From assembly GCA_964016885.1 (NCBI GenBank), contig OZ024741.1:226734001-226798000 (forward strand): a stretch of 64,000 bases of DNA, written 5' to 3'. The notes beneath the pieces were generated by a model, which saw only the letters and a program-made list of their open reading frames with translations, made no database searches and was not told the DNA's origin. The stretch is from Eledone cirrhosa (lineage: Eukaryota). This document shows positions 26,331 to 39,341 of the stretch, in pieces (position 1 is the stretch's first letter; the number at the start of each line of letters is the position of its first letter). Position numbers and translations under genes: made by a program.

Positions 26331-28167
26331 ATCATTCATACTCAATCCTATATATATTTATTATACATAAACATATAGTATATGCCTTCATATATACCTG
26401 TATCTGTATAATATATCACGCTACGTTAGTGTTATTGCTAATGTGTCTTTGTGTTAATGTGCATATGAGTTATATTAGTTATAGAGCTATTTATTTATGA
26501 GCAAAATATTTAGAAACTACCGCACTAACCACTATTCCTAGTCCATCCTACTTAAAATGTTAGTCCTCTGTAATTTCCGCTTCACACGTCTTTTTTCTTC
26601 TGTCTTTTTCATCATACAACTGTTTGGGGGAGTCATAGACTGCGTTATTTTCACTGGTTTTGGATACCTTGTAAATGCCAAAGAATGTCCTTTCTACCAG
26701 ACGACTCCAGGAGAAAAAAAAACCTATTTTCATTTTTCTTTTCCTCTCACACAAATTCTGTTTCCCTTTGTGTACCCTTGGATACACAAGGAATTAAGAG
26801 CCCATTACCTTACCATGCCTAATCCAGAACGATTCGTTCGTTGGTGTAGATTTAACAATAAGTGTACGAGAAATTTTCCGTTACGTAAATGAACTCGTAC
26901 ACATAAAGCATATAAATTGATTTTTTTCTAGATAACTACGTAAAATCAACTTTGTTTTCAAATAATATTAGGATTGTAATCGCAAGGGAGAAAATGTGGT
27001 TCTGCCAATACCAATTAATTTTGACTTGGGCTAAACATACATTATTATATGAAATTAATTAATTAATATGCTCCGGCAGTGTGGAAGGCAAGTTTTCGCG
27101 TACAATTCTTGCCAAAGGTAATCAACGAATGAATATTTAAATATATTAAACGATTTAAATAAAGTATATTTTATCAAAGTGATAATTATTTCATCCTAGT
27201 ATCCATTGCAGTATTTCAAGAAACAGATGTGTAGTTTTGCGTTCATTTCTATCATCGTTTTCAAACCATCTCAGATCGGTGAGAATGATACAATCATTGT
27301 TCAGTCATAGCCCTTGTAAAGCGCAGCTGGGAAGAAATAATTCCAGAGGCTTGGAATCATGGTTTTAGTGCGTGGGCTACGTTATACAATCAGTCTTTAT
27401 TTTTCTTCTTAAGACAAGCTATGATTTGAGATAATTTGCGTAAGATGTAATTGCAATTTTCAGCAGGACGATTAACCGTCTAGCGGCTACATCATTGTCT
27501 CAAACTACTACTACTACTACTACTACTACTACTGCTGTTGCTGCTGCTTCTGCTGCTACTCCTACTAGTAGTAGTAGTAGTAGTAGTAGTAGTTGTAGTT
27601 GTAGTTACAATGAATATTGTTAGGCCGATTCTGATTGAAAAGCCACGGGAACAAAACGTTTCAGCCGTGACCATCCCGTTTTTTGGATTTTGATATTTTA
27701 AAATAAGTATTAGTAGTTTTAACTCTGATACTTTAAAGAAGCGACACGTTTTTATTGTTCTTGGGATTGTTAAGTAGTTGTTTTTTATGCCATGGAAGAT
27801 TTTCCCTAGTGTTCTCATCATTTATCATAAACATTATTTATAGCTCCAATTATCTACATCTCACATTCGTGTTGGTTATTGCTGTTGTTTTAAGCGATCC
27901 AGCAGATTTTTATTTTTAACGTCACAACTGCGGATATTGTATCTTTTATATTTTAATATAAAATATCTAGAAGTACATTGTCCAATATGTGCCTTTTTAA
28001 CACCCAGAATTTTATTATTTAATGCTTAGTTTTTGTAAGACAATAGTGTATGGCATGAAAGAGTTACGGTTACTATTTTTAGTAAATTTTCTTTATTCAC
28101 TGACTAGTCTGCTTCTTGTTGTCTAATCCCATGTTCTCCTTTGACCAGGCAAGTCTATACTGAAATT

Positions 28168-29371
28168 CGAGGGTAGGCTGAAATGTTCATAGGCTGACTT
28201 TGAAGGAATGGTGCGCTGAGCTGTGAAATCTTGCATGCATTGATTTCAACTTTTCTTATTAATAACCGCATCTTTACTTTCCAGGTAAACTGACACCTGA
28301 CTGTTCAAAAAAGACTTTAAATATAACTAGTAGCAACTTCTCATGAAAATTAACAGGGTCTGGCCTTGTGGTGATATTATGTACCTCTAGAAAAATGGTT
28401 TAGCCCCCAAGAACATTCATGCTGACATGATTGCTACATTAGAGGAAAACGCTCCAGCTTTATCATCAGTGCAAAAGAAAGCAGCTGAAGTTAGGAGATG
28501 AAAGGAGAGTCTTGAAGATGACACAAGATCTGGGCGTCCTGCAAGTGTCACAACCGAGGAAAACATTCATCGTGTTCACCAAATAGGATAGATGTCAGGC
28601 AATTGATTATAAATCAAATAGCCAATGCTCTTAGCGTATCCCGTCAGAGAGTTGGGGCTATTCTGCACAATGAACTTGGCATGAAAAAGATTTCGGCTCG
28701 GTGGGTACCACGTCATCTGACACCTGATCAAAACTGCACCAGGCTGATCACATCACGGGAAAATTTGACATTTCTTGAAGCAGATCTAACCGGATTCCTT
28801 GAACGTTTTCTAACCCATGATGAGTGTTTGCTTCATCACTTTGAGCCAGAGGCATCGAGACAATCTATACAGTGGAAATGTGCCTCATTACCTGCTCCAA
28901 AGAAGCCAAATGCCGTTTCATCTGCAGGGATTGTCAACTTGCTGAGGTAGTTACGAAAGTTTATAAAGACCAAATGCCTAGGAAAACTGACGAATGGGAT
29001 TTTGTTTCATCAGGACAATGCTCCAGCACACAAATCCTTGGTTTAAATGGCTGTTGTGCGTGACTGTGGCTTTGAACTGCTGACTGATTGATCACTCTCC
29101 CTATTCTTCTGATTTGGCTCCATCTAACTATCATCTGTTTTCCAACATGAAACAGCACTTGGCTGGGAACCAATATCGCAGTGATGATAACGTCATATCT
29201 GCCGTTGATGACTACCAATAGGATGAAATCTTCTTCACCAACTTGATCCAAACATTGCAATACCGATAGCAGAGGTGTGTGCACCGCAAAGGGAACTATG
29301 TTGAAAAATAAACTTCATTTGGTCACATTCCATGAGAATATAATGGTCAGCATATGAACAGTCACCTATCG
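28168..29371 (+). mobile_element. Mariner (D,D34D) DNA transposon, decayed
   Basis: Degenerate TIRs 28168-28198 and 29346-29371, TA on the right; WVPRHL, THDE, HQDNAPAH and YSSDLAPSNYHLF motifs; stops and frameshifts; ORF end at 29311. Confidence 0.92.
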
Positions 29372-29729
29372 TATGTTCCGCTGAGATCCCTCCCATCTTT
29401 ATTCAGAGATAGGACTACATTCTCCGCTGATGTCTTCTTTTTTCGAGAAAGCTAGGGATTGATTTGAGAGCGATTTGGCTATTGTTTCCTGAAGATCAGT
29501 GGATCTAGCAGCCATACTTCCGTTGGCCCCGTCACTTGCTTATTGTTTATAATGCTGATGATTATGGAAAACGTTGAACTCTAGAGCTGCTAATTTGTTG
29601 TTGTTGCCATTTTCTTTACTTAAATTTATAAAAAAACATGGTTATTCAGCTCATTCAGCCATGTTAATTATTGGCCAATTATTAAATCTCCTGTTGCGGT
29701 AGTTATTTAAGTTGTAGCAACGATATTAT

Positions 29730-29730
<1 letters not shown>

Positions 29731-29796
<66 letters not shown>
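29731..29796. repeat. (GATA)n microsatellite
   Basis: Direct. Confidence 0.95.
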
Positions 29797-30512
29797 TTCT
29801 TTATTAGCCACAGGGGCACAAAAGAAGGGGACAAATACAAAGGGGGAAGTTTACATACAATAAAAACGTGTAAAATGTTATCACAAATGGAATTTAAAAA
29901 GTTAGTCGATTTTCCCCAATAGAGGGAGACAGTTTATATGGGTAACACATACCCCCGAAAAGAAATGTGCAACCCTCATCTCCAGGAGTACGAAGAGCTT
30001 GTACTCCTTTCCTCTCCTCCTCCTTTTCCTCAACCTACAGGCTGATATAGAGAGAAGGCCCATTCACTCGGGCCATTCTCGCCACTTTCACCCACCTTTC
30101 ATAAAACTTGCTGGGGTAGAGCACCTCTCTCTCCATCCTGATTCTTCTTCCAAAGTGGTATTTGAAAAAAAGAATCAGTTGTTGGCCGGAGAGAAAGGTG
30201 TCTGACCTCAGCCCTTTCAACCTTGTCCACCATACAACCTCTTTCGCCATAGCCATCACACAAAGGAAAACCGCCTCTCCTTCGTTTTTGAAGGAGGGTG
30301 GCGGTTTGATCATGACAATGGACTCAGTGGTCAACCGGATTGGTCCCACCCGCGACAATAGTCGTTCTACATAGCCCCACAGGTCGGTGAAGCCCGGGCA
30401 GTGTATGAATGCGTTTGCGACGGTTTCTTCGTCTCGCACACACCTCGGACAGATCTTTTTTGCAGGGTCCCTGCCCGGGCGCCCATGTCTGTAGAGCTTG
30501 TCTCGAACTGGT
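29797..30512 (-). mobile_element. Tx1-type LINE 3' fragment with 3' UTR
   Basis: ORF 30035-30526 zf-RVT region (CPRC..DEETVANAFIHCP); 3' end CTTGTGGCTAATAAAG-like, followed by (TCTA)n. Confidence 0.88.
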
Positions 30513-30895
30513 ATTCTTTTATTCACGTATTTGTTTATTTATTTATTTATGTATTTCTTTAGCCTAGCAATAGCGAGAGACTTAAGTCTTAGTAACCAGA
30601 CTTTGCTTTTTTTTTTTTTTTTTTTTTCTCTCAGTACTGTTTATAGTTTTACTCTTCATTGTTCTACTTACCGTTTCGAATCCCTCCCCCTCCCCCTTCC
30701 CAGTATCCATTTGACCTCACGCCCAGCTGTAGCCGGCACTACCAACGCATGAATGGGTCTACTTCACCCCTCTCCCTTTTTCTCCTACCGGCAGGTTTAG
30801 CTACCCCTTCCCCCACCAATTTGCCATCACCGATTTACTACTAACTTGTGATGTGACCAATCCTAGTGATTGTCTCTTTGACCATATATGGAATT

Positions 30896-30989
30896 ACCCC
30901 TTGATAAGCTCGGCTATTTAAATACCAGAATAAATTTTCATTCAGTCCAGAATTAGCCGTCGAAACGGCTTGAGCTCAGCCGTCGGGGT
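30896..30989 (+). ncRNA. Degenerate Type I hammerhead with long palindromic stem III
   Basis: ACCCC-TTGATAA (mutated CTGATGA)-stem II CGGCTA/TAGCCG-GAAA-CGGCTTGAGCTCAGCCG-TC-GGGGT. Confidence 0.55.
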
Positions 30990-31001
30990 CTTACTTGTTC
31001 C

Positions 31002-31034
<33 letters not shown>

Positions 31035-31224
31035 AGGATTAATCAACACATATATCATATGTATAGATAATGTTTCTCGGAAAAAGCTCAATGAACTTTT
31101 GTTTAGAGCATCCATAAAATGAAAATAATTTTAAACGATATATAGAGATATATCAATTGAAAAACTAACCACGTTTTAATATATATACATATAGATACAA
31201 ATACTATTTAAGGTGTTAAATAAT

Positions 31225-31320
31225 TGTTTCTACTTTTGGCCAGTAATTATCCAGTACATTACTGGTACTTTATTTTATCAACCCCATAAGGATGAAAGTT
31301 AACCTCGAGGGGATTTGAAC
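31225..31320 (-). mobile_element. 5'-truncated SINE
   Basis: Family core; ~20-bp flanking duplication TATTTAAGGTGTTAAATAAT. Confidence 0.8.
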
Positions 31321-31394
31321 TATTTAAGGTGTTAAATAATAAAACATTACTCATAACGATTAAGTTATATTTAAATGGACATACTTCCAAAGTA

Positions 31395-31640
31395 CTGTTG
31401 CTGTTGTAGGTGGTGTTGTTGATGGTGGTGTTTTTATTGTTGCAGTTGTTGCGCTCGCTTTTTTTACTGTTCTTGCTGTTGGTGTTGTTGCCGTTTTTGT
31501 TGTTGTTGCAGTTGTTGTTTGTGTTGTCATTATTGCAGTTGTTGCTTTCGTTGTTTTTGTTACTGGTGCTTTTGTTGTTGCCAGCGATAGTGCTTGTAGT
31601 GGTAACATTGTTCATAATGGCGGTGGTGGTTGGAGGCAGT
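31395..31640. repeat. Degenerate (TTG)n low-complexity tract
   Basis: Direct. Confidence 0.8.
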
Positions 31641-31743
31641 GTCACTCATCTCAATGTTTGAGCCACTGTCACATGACAGCTGGCTTAACGAGATGGGGCG
31701 TATTGCGTCCATATTTATTGACTTAAAAATTATTTGCAAAAAC

Positions 31744-31876
<133 letters not shown>

Positions 31877-31932
31877 AGTGAAATCACAGGAGGCCAAAAA
31901 TGTTGAATTTCCTTAATGATTTATTTCTGGAA

Positions 31933-31990
31933 ACACTATGCACATTTCAGTGGCCAGATTGCATAAGAATCTGGTGACATCTTCAGGTGT
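31933..31990 (-). ncRNA. Type I hammerhead motif (left arm of inverted repeat 31876-32590)
   Basis: ACAC-CTGAAGA-..CCAGATT cttatgc AATCTGG..-GAAA-TGTGCA-TA-GTGT. Confidence 0.75.
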
Positions 31991-32474
31991 AAATTGCGTA
32001 ATAGATGTATACTAACGGAAAGAAGGTAAACTTTAAGGAAACAAGCAGAGTAAAACGCAAAGAGAAAACAGAGAAGAAAAAATATATAAGATAGAATAAA
32101 AATAAAAATAAAAATAAAAATAAAAATAAAGAATAAAAAATACAAAAAATAAGATATAGGAAATACAAAATAACAAATAATTAAATTTTAATCATTTTTA
32201 AGCATGCAATTTTAATTTTGATTTTAATTTTCAATTCCTACAATTAATCCTAGTTTTAACTTCTAAACAATTTTAACCTGAATAGTTCTACTTCTTATGT
32301 TCCTAAATCACCCACCTCCGTCTGGCATATACTTCCAGTAAGTGTATAGACCTTGACCCATGCAGCTTACCATTGTCTGTAACAGGATATTCTTCACTCC
32401 TTCTCTGGCCTGCTGTCCGAAGGTTGTTAGAAGTGAGAGGTAGTAATATTCCCTTGGTATCTATTACGCAATTT

Positions 32475-32532
32475 ACACCTGAAGATATCACCAGGTTCTT
32501 ATGCAACCTGGCCACTGAAATGTGCATAGTGT
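32475..32532 (+). ncRNA. Type I hammerhead motif (right arm)
   Basis: ACAC-CTGAAGA-..CCAGGTT cttatgc AACCTGG..-GAAA-TGTGCA-TA-GTGT. Confidence 0.75.
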
Positions 32533-32725
32533 TTGTAGAAATAAATAATTAAGGAAATTCAATATTTGTGGCTTCCTGTAATTTCACTTTATTTACTCCA
32601 TTCCCACACCACCAACATGATTCAACGTCAGAGATGGATGAGTTACATAAGGTCGAGTGCTTTCCTCATATTACGTCATTGCAGAATGACCAATTCTACC
32701 CAATGATAAACCACCGAATTTAAAC

Positions 32726-32763
<38 letters not shown>

Positions 32764-33029
32764 GGAAAAAATGAAAAGAAATTTTATTTCTCACTCTTAG
32801 TACGGCTGTTACTTAAATATAAGTATGTATACGTACATACATATATGTATACAGACGTACAGTAGTATGTATATATATATATACATACATGCACACATAT
32901 ATACATGTACGTATGGATTCACCGAACACTTATTATAATGCTCGGTGTGTTTGTAAACAAACATCCCGAATTAAGCCGTACAGTGTCTAGCAACCATCGT
33001 TGCTCATTTGTTCAACACTGACAAAGGAA

Positions 33030-33070
33030 CGCTGTACTAGTTTCAAGCTTATTAGCTATCGTCAGCAACG
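33030..33070 (-). ncRNA. Minimal Type I hammerhead motif, within PLE-like fragment 32761-33180
   Basis: Identical to 19377-19417. Confidence 0.8.
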
Positions 33071-33758
33071 TATACCTTCCTGCCAGATGGTTGAACGTCT
33101 GAAAGTATATACTTTCCTTATGCATATTAACGGCTGAGTAGCCTAATTTGCATATCGAGTGAGTTAATATGCATAAAGCTGGTCCTAGTTTTCCCAGGTA
33201 GTATCTTAGACCATTCTATTACCTCTCCCGTGCATGACCATTGCTCTAATATAGTTTTTTTCCGAAGCTTGGGCAAAATCCTATCTAGTATGCGTTTACT
33301 GACGATCCCTAGGTCTGTTCTGGAGGGGTCTATTAGTCTAACCGGGAGGTCGGACTCAAAGTTGGCTTGTGATCTTTATATATATATATATAATATATAT
33401 GTGTGTGTGTGTGTGAGTGCGTATAGGTGTGTGTGTGTGTCTGTGTGTGCGTATATATTTACAATATTGTTTATACAGTTGCTTACAATTTAACACTTTC
33501 AGCGAAGCAAGCTGGTTGTCCCCTATGTTTAGCCAACAACCAGCTTGCTTCCCTGAAACATCATTGGTTTTGTAAGAAACTGAATATATAAAATTTTCTA
33601 AACTATATTATCAATACTGGGTTGCGCCTCCCGTTACGGACTACCAAGATCAATAGCACTGAACATAATACACATAAACACACTCACACGCACACACACT
33701 GACACACTGATAGACATACATACACCCCTACACACATACATATATGTATATATATAAA

Positions 33759-33796
<38 letters not shown>

Positions 33797-33911
33797 GAGA
33801 GAGAGAGAGAGAGAGAGAATGCGTGTGTGTGTGTGCGTGCGTGTGTGTGTGCGTGTGCGTTGTGTGTGGGTATGTGATATATTTATGTATGTCAGTTTAT
33901 ATGCACTAATA

Positions 33912-34050
33912 TATAGATTTCTTTATTAGCCACAAGGGCGCAACAAGAAAGGGGACAATACAAAGACATGCCGGGGATTTTACATACAGTCGTGTAAAAA
34001 ATATAAAAACAAACAATTTCAACAATCGAAATCCCCAATAGGGGGGAGGC
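33912..34050 (-). mobile_element. Tx1-type LINE 3' UTR stub
   Basis: Matches 39345-39465. Confidence 0.75.
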
Positions 34051-34209
34051 GCAACAAATACACTAATATATAGTTAAAATATTAGATCTTTAGTTCATTT
34101 TAGCAATCACTGCCATACATACATACATACATACATACATACATACATACATACATACGTAATGGCTGCCCCCTCGCTATTGAGTATGGCCATTGCACGA
34201 GAAAAAAAA

Positions 34210-34244
<35 letters not shown>

Positions 34245-34255
34245 TAAAAAAAGAG

Positions 34256-34286
<31 letters not shown>

Positions 34287-34477
34287 CACATATACACACA
34301 CACACACACTCACACACACATATACACACACACATACATTAATAACAATAATAATAATAATAATCATAACAACAATAATAATAACGACAACAACAATAAT
34401 AATATACATATACATATATATATACACACACACGCACACACATAAGCATATCTACACACACACACACACGATAGCAA

Positions 34478-35270
34478 CTAACAGCGCTGCGATCGAATGT
34501 GGCTTTTTAGCCCAGCCAATGATCTAAAATGTCTTGCACAGAGTCGGCAACCAAAACATTCACTGGGAATAGCCGGCTGTGGTTGGAGTTCGTGTACTTT
34601 TGCATGTCGCTTGAGCCCTCCTGCTGATTTACATTCTCTACCACATGTTTGGCAAGCATGATGAGTAGCATCTCCAACAGCAGCCTGGTAGTCAACCACT
34701 GGTCTTTCTTTATGACAGCGAAGATGACTTTCGAGTCCAACTTTGCTTAGGCAGAGTCTCGCACAGACGCTGCATGTCAGCACCATAGGAGGACCCTCGC
34801 CGTCTGGAAGTGCAACAGCAATGCCCTTCCTCACATCCCGCTTTACTTTTTCGTATGCGATTCAAGATGCCTCAAAGCCAACTTTTCCCTCATATACAGT
34901 CTTTCTCCATTTATTACGATCAGCAGCAATATTCTCCCATGTATCAGCAGAGATGTTAGCGTCTTTCAGAGAGGCTTTCAAGAAATCCTTATACCTCTTT
35001 TTTGGTTTATGTGGCGGTCGTTTTCCTTTAACCAACTCTCCATAAAAGAGATGTTTTGGTATTCTAGAATCCTTCATCCTGGCAAGGTGACCACTCCAAC
35101 AGAGTCGTTGCTTAAGCACAAGAGCTTCTATACTGTCACACATAGAGCTTTCCAAAATCTCGACATCACTGATGTGGTCCCTCCAGTGAACGCCATGGAT
35201 CCATCTGAGACACATCTGATGGAAACGCTCCAATTGCTTAAGGTGGTGTCGATATGTGACCCAGGTCTCG
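34478..35270 (-). mobile_element. RTE (BovB-like) LINE 3' fragment with three C2H2 zinc fingers
   Basis: [22 protein letters not shown]...WSGHLARMKDSRIPKHLFYGEL..GKRP...KRYKD; then CSVC..H...H, CQTC..H...H, CRLC..H. Confidence 0.88.
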
Positions 35271-35365
35271 CATACATACATACATACATACATACATACA
35301 TACATACATACATACATACATACATACATACATACATACATACATACATACATACATACATACAT

Positions 35366-35602
35366 GGAGCTACGGGTTATATACCAACCCGCTTGGACCA
35401 AAATATGACTGAACTTGGATTTGCGGACAAAGAGCGCAGCTCCCTAATTCATAGTCTACAAATGGCTGCGATAGCTGGCACCTTCAAAATTTGCAAAACA
35501 TTCTTGCGATTCAAGGGATGACAATTTCTTTTCTTTTACAACCTTGCCACCAGGAAGGTGGCCGGTCAAAAAAATATACTCGACATTAAGAGAAAGAGAT
35601 AA
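35366..35602 (+). mobile_element. RLE-type non-LTR retrotransposon 3' end
   Basis: GATGYIP...LGF...LQMAAIAGTFKICKTF parallels the C-terminus at 60677-60831; lies in (ATAC)n. Confidence 0.75.
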
Positions 35603-35704
35603 CACATACATACATAAATACCTACATATATTGAGAATGGGAAAAGGGGAAGAGAGTAGAGAAAGAATGAAGTAGGATATGGAAGGATAGATAGATAAAT
35701 AAGT

Positions 35705-38700
35705 TTCTATTTATTTGCCACCACGGCAAAAAAGAAAGGGACATATACAAGGGGGGGGGGGTTTACATACATTTAAAGGGCGTGTAAAAATAACAAATAA
35801 ACTAGTCCTAAATAGGGAGGGGGCGTTGACGTGGGTCGCATACACCACTGAAAAAATGTGCAACCCTCCTCAGGAACACAAAGAGCGGGTGCTCCCTTCC
35901 TCTCCTCCTTCTCCTCCTCTCTCACATACAGGCTGATATAGAGAGAAGGCTCATTCACTCGGGCCATGCTCGCCACTTTCACCCACCTTTCATAAAACTT
36001 GCTGGGGTAGAGCACCTCTCTCTCCATTCTGATCCTTCTTCTAAAATGGTATTTGAAAGAAAGGACCAGTTGTTGGCCAGAGAGAAAGGTGTCTGATCTC
36101 ATCCCTTTCAACCTCGTCCACCATACAACCTCTTTAGCCATAGCTATCACACAGAGGAAAACCACCTCTCCGTCGTTTTTTGAAGAGGGAGGCGGTTTGA
36201 TCGTGACAATGTACTCGGAGGTCAACCGGATTGGTCCCACCCGCGACAGTGTCGTTCCACATAGCCCCACAGGTCAGCAACGCCCGGGCAGTGTACGAAT
36301 GCGTGAGCGACGGTTTACTTGTCACGCACGCATCTCGGACAGATCTTTCTCGATTGGTCCCTACCCGGGCGCCCGTGTCTGTAGAGCTTGTCTCGAACGG
36401 GCAGAGCCCCACGGTAGCACTGCCAGGCCAGGGACCTCTGGAAGTTGTCCATCGGTCCCGGGCCAAATGTCCTACCGAACAGGCTGGCAGTTCTTCCTCC
36501 TCCATGTCTAGGGCTTCTCCGAGGGCGTCGTCGCACCTGCTACTGACCAACGCTCTATAGAATGTCGAGGTGGAGTCTCCACTGATAGCTGGGTCCGCCT
36601 GCCAGAGATCCGTGTGCCAGGCGCCCAGTTTTCTCGGTCTTTGTTTGACCCAGGATTGCAGCTCGGTAAGCGCGACGAGTCTCGGAAAGGCTCGCCTCAC
36701 AAACGGGGCTCATACCGGTTGACCGGTGAGGAATACCTGGAGGTGCCGTAGCCTTAATGCGTATTTACGCATCTGCAACCACGGCATCCCCAGCTCTCCT
36801 TTCGAAGGGTGTTGACAGCAGATGGATCTCCTCAATAAAGGAGCCCGCTTCTTCCAAAGGAATTGGAAGAGTGCGCGCTCCATGTTGGTGAGCGTTTCAC
36901 CTGGGCAAGGCACGAGAGTCAAGCGATAATAGATGACGGACATTATATAAACGTTCGCCACCTCCGCCAGACCTTTCAGGGATAGTTTGCACTCGGCCCA
37001 CTTCTGAGCCAGTGCAAACACTATGTTCGTCACCTCACCCCAGTTCTTCTCCACCTGGAGGTCTGGTCCGAACCAAACCCCGAGCAGCTTCACCGGGCCC
37101 ACCATCCAGCATCCGACGGCGCCGTCGGAGGGCATCGGTTTGCCCATCCACGCGCCGAGTTGCAAACCGACGACTTGTCCCGGTTAAGCATTCCTGTAAA
37201 CCTTTCGTATTCCTCCAGTAATGGGCCGATCGCCCCGATTTCCGAGGTACTCGACACCATTACTGTCACGTCATCGGCGTAGGCCGACACCGCTTTCCGC
37301 AATCCCGGTTCCAAGGGGATGCCCTGCAACAATTCCAACTTCCGCAGCAGGGGCTCGAGAGCCAGCACATACAGGAGGGAGGAGAGACAGCACCCCTGTC
37401 GGATGGACCGCGCGATTTGGAACAGCTCCCAGAGGTAGCCGTTCACCTTGACCCTCGAGCAGATGCGGCTGCTGTGCGTGGCAGTAATCCAGCCCCTGTA
37501 AACGGGTCCGAAACCTGCCGCCGCTAGCACCGCATCCAGGTAACCATGGTCGACTCTATCGAACACCTTATATTGACCAAGTTGATCAGGGGCCCACCAA
37601 AGCCGGGTTCATTCCCTACCCTCTCTATGATGTATCGCATGAGGTGGAGGTTGTCGTGAATGAACCTGGACGCATCTCCCATCAGGTTGCCACGACAAGC
37701 GCCAACCTCTTTGCTAGCCCCTTGGCCAAAATCTTTAACTCCGCATTTAGCAGAGTTATGGGCCTGAAATTATTTATTTATCCCCCTTGTTCTCGTCCTT
37801 CCTCACTAGCGAGACTACGCCCTCGTTCACAGAACAGGGAATTCTCCCGTTCTGTTGCCAGTTGCAGTAGACCGCCTCGAGTAGATCGGAGAAAAAGTCC
37901 GGCAACGCTACATAAAGTTCGTATGGAAGACCATCGAGACCCGGGGATTTGCATTTGCCGCATTGGCTCAGCACATCACCTATTTCAGCAGCTGAAATCG
38001 GCCTTTCGTAGGACTACGCCTACTCGTTCGAAAGACGCGGTAGGCCGTCGAGGTATGGACCGAAATCCATATCCCCATCCAGCTCCCCGCCCCTCCCGAA
38101 CAGTCGTGCAAAGTGCCTTTGAAAGGCCTCACACATCTGTCCTGGTTCAAGGATCACTTGTCCATCCTGGTCCTTCAAAGACCGGATAGTGGATTTAATC
38201 CCACTTTTGGCTTCTGTCACGCGTGCCCAGCTAACAGCTTTGGCCCCCTCGTTTCCTAGAGCACGTATTTTGCTTCTGGCAACGCAGTCTTCGTGCTTCG
38301 CGTCGAAAAACTGGTCTAAGGCCGTTCTCGACGCTAGCACTCTGGCTACGTTGCCGCTTCTAATCGCCTCTTCTACTCTATCTACCAACTCACTTTCCTT
38401 CCTATTCCTATCTGAGGCTAATACCTTACTAAAACCTATCGAGACTACTCTAATCTCTCTCTTGAGAGAGCCCCACTACTTGCTGTTGACGATAGCCCCC
38501 GTCAACAGGTTCCTTAACTAAAGCGCTAATCCGATCCCTGTAAGCTTTACTTGTCGGTAAGGACAAGTTCAGCTTCCAGTAACCGGGTCGCTGTCTATGT
38601 GTTCTATCAAGATCGACTAAGCAGGGCAATAATTTGTGATCTGAATAGCCAACCATGCGCATCTCTGGACAACTTAGTAGGTCTCTATCCTTATTTATAA

Positions 38701-39320
38701 TTAGGACCCTATCTAGGTACGACCTAGATGATCCGCTACGGTTAGTCCAAGTCTAGGTTGGCGCAGTCGGAAAATCTAGTCGATATCTATCGGCCAGGTC
38801 AAATCGGCCGATTAACCGTTTGAGGCTGTTTCACCCCTCTATCGGGACATGCCCCTACATAGTCCCAAAGTGCATCTAGGATACCATTCCAGTCCCCCAC
38901 TAAAAGCAAGGAGCGGGGCGTTACTATAAAAGACTCCAGACGTTGGAAGAAGTCCGGCTTCGCTGCCCCAAAAGGGGCATAGGCGGTGAAATCGCCAAAT
39001 CCACTTCCATACCAGCATGCGAAAGCGAGAGAAGGGAAGCTTCACTAGGTTGAATTACTTGTTCCTCTTTATCACTTTCCGGGGGGGGGGGGGGGCAGTG
39101 GTGTTTTCATGTATGGTGTCCATTATTGTAAGTTGGTGTACACATTTTTCAAAGTAGTTTTTACCCCCAAAAGAGGGTAAAAATAAAATAACCGCCCGTC
39201 TGCAAGTCTAGGCGGAAGGTTAGGTCACACAAATAAAACAAATGAAACACAAACTCAGTCAAAAACGTAATACAAATCCAAAAAGGTTGCAGCCGAAGTA
39301 ACACACGTCTACTATCAACG
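35705..39320 (-). mobile_element. Tx1-type LINE, ORF1 largely deleted, ORF2 decayed
   Basis: APE (SDHK, YWKLN), RT (SPGLDG, FDRVDH, RQGC, YADDVTV), zf-RVT; many frameshifts; bounded by GATA repeats. Confidence 0.9.
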
Positions 39321-39341
39321 ATAGATAGATAGATAGATAGA

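Noticed and set aside
26557-26892. Overlapping ORFs in unique-looking DNA as host exons
   Set aside because: No convincing acceptor/donor pair or domain similarity
31259-31661. Asn/Thr/Leu-rich ORFs (also 44749-45234, 62767-63288)
   Set aside because: Trinucleotide or minisatellite low complexity
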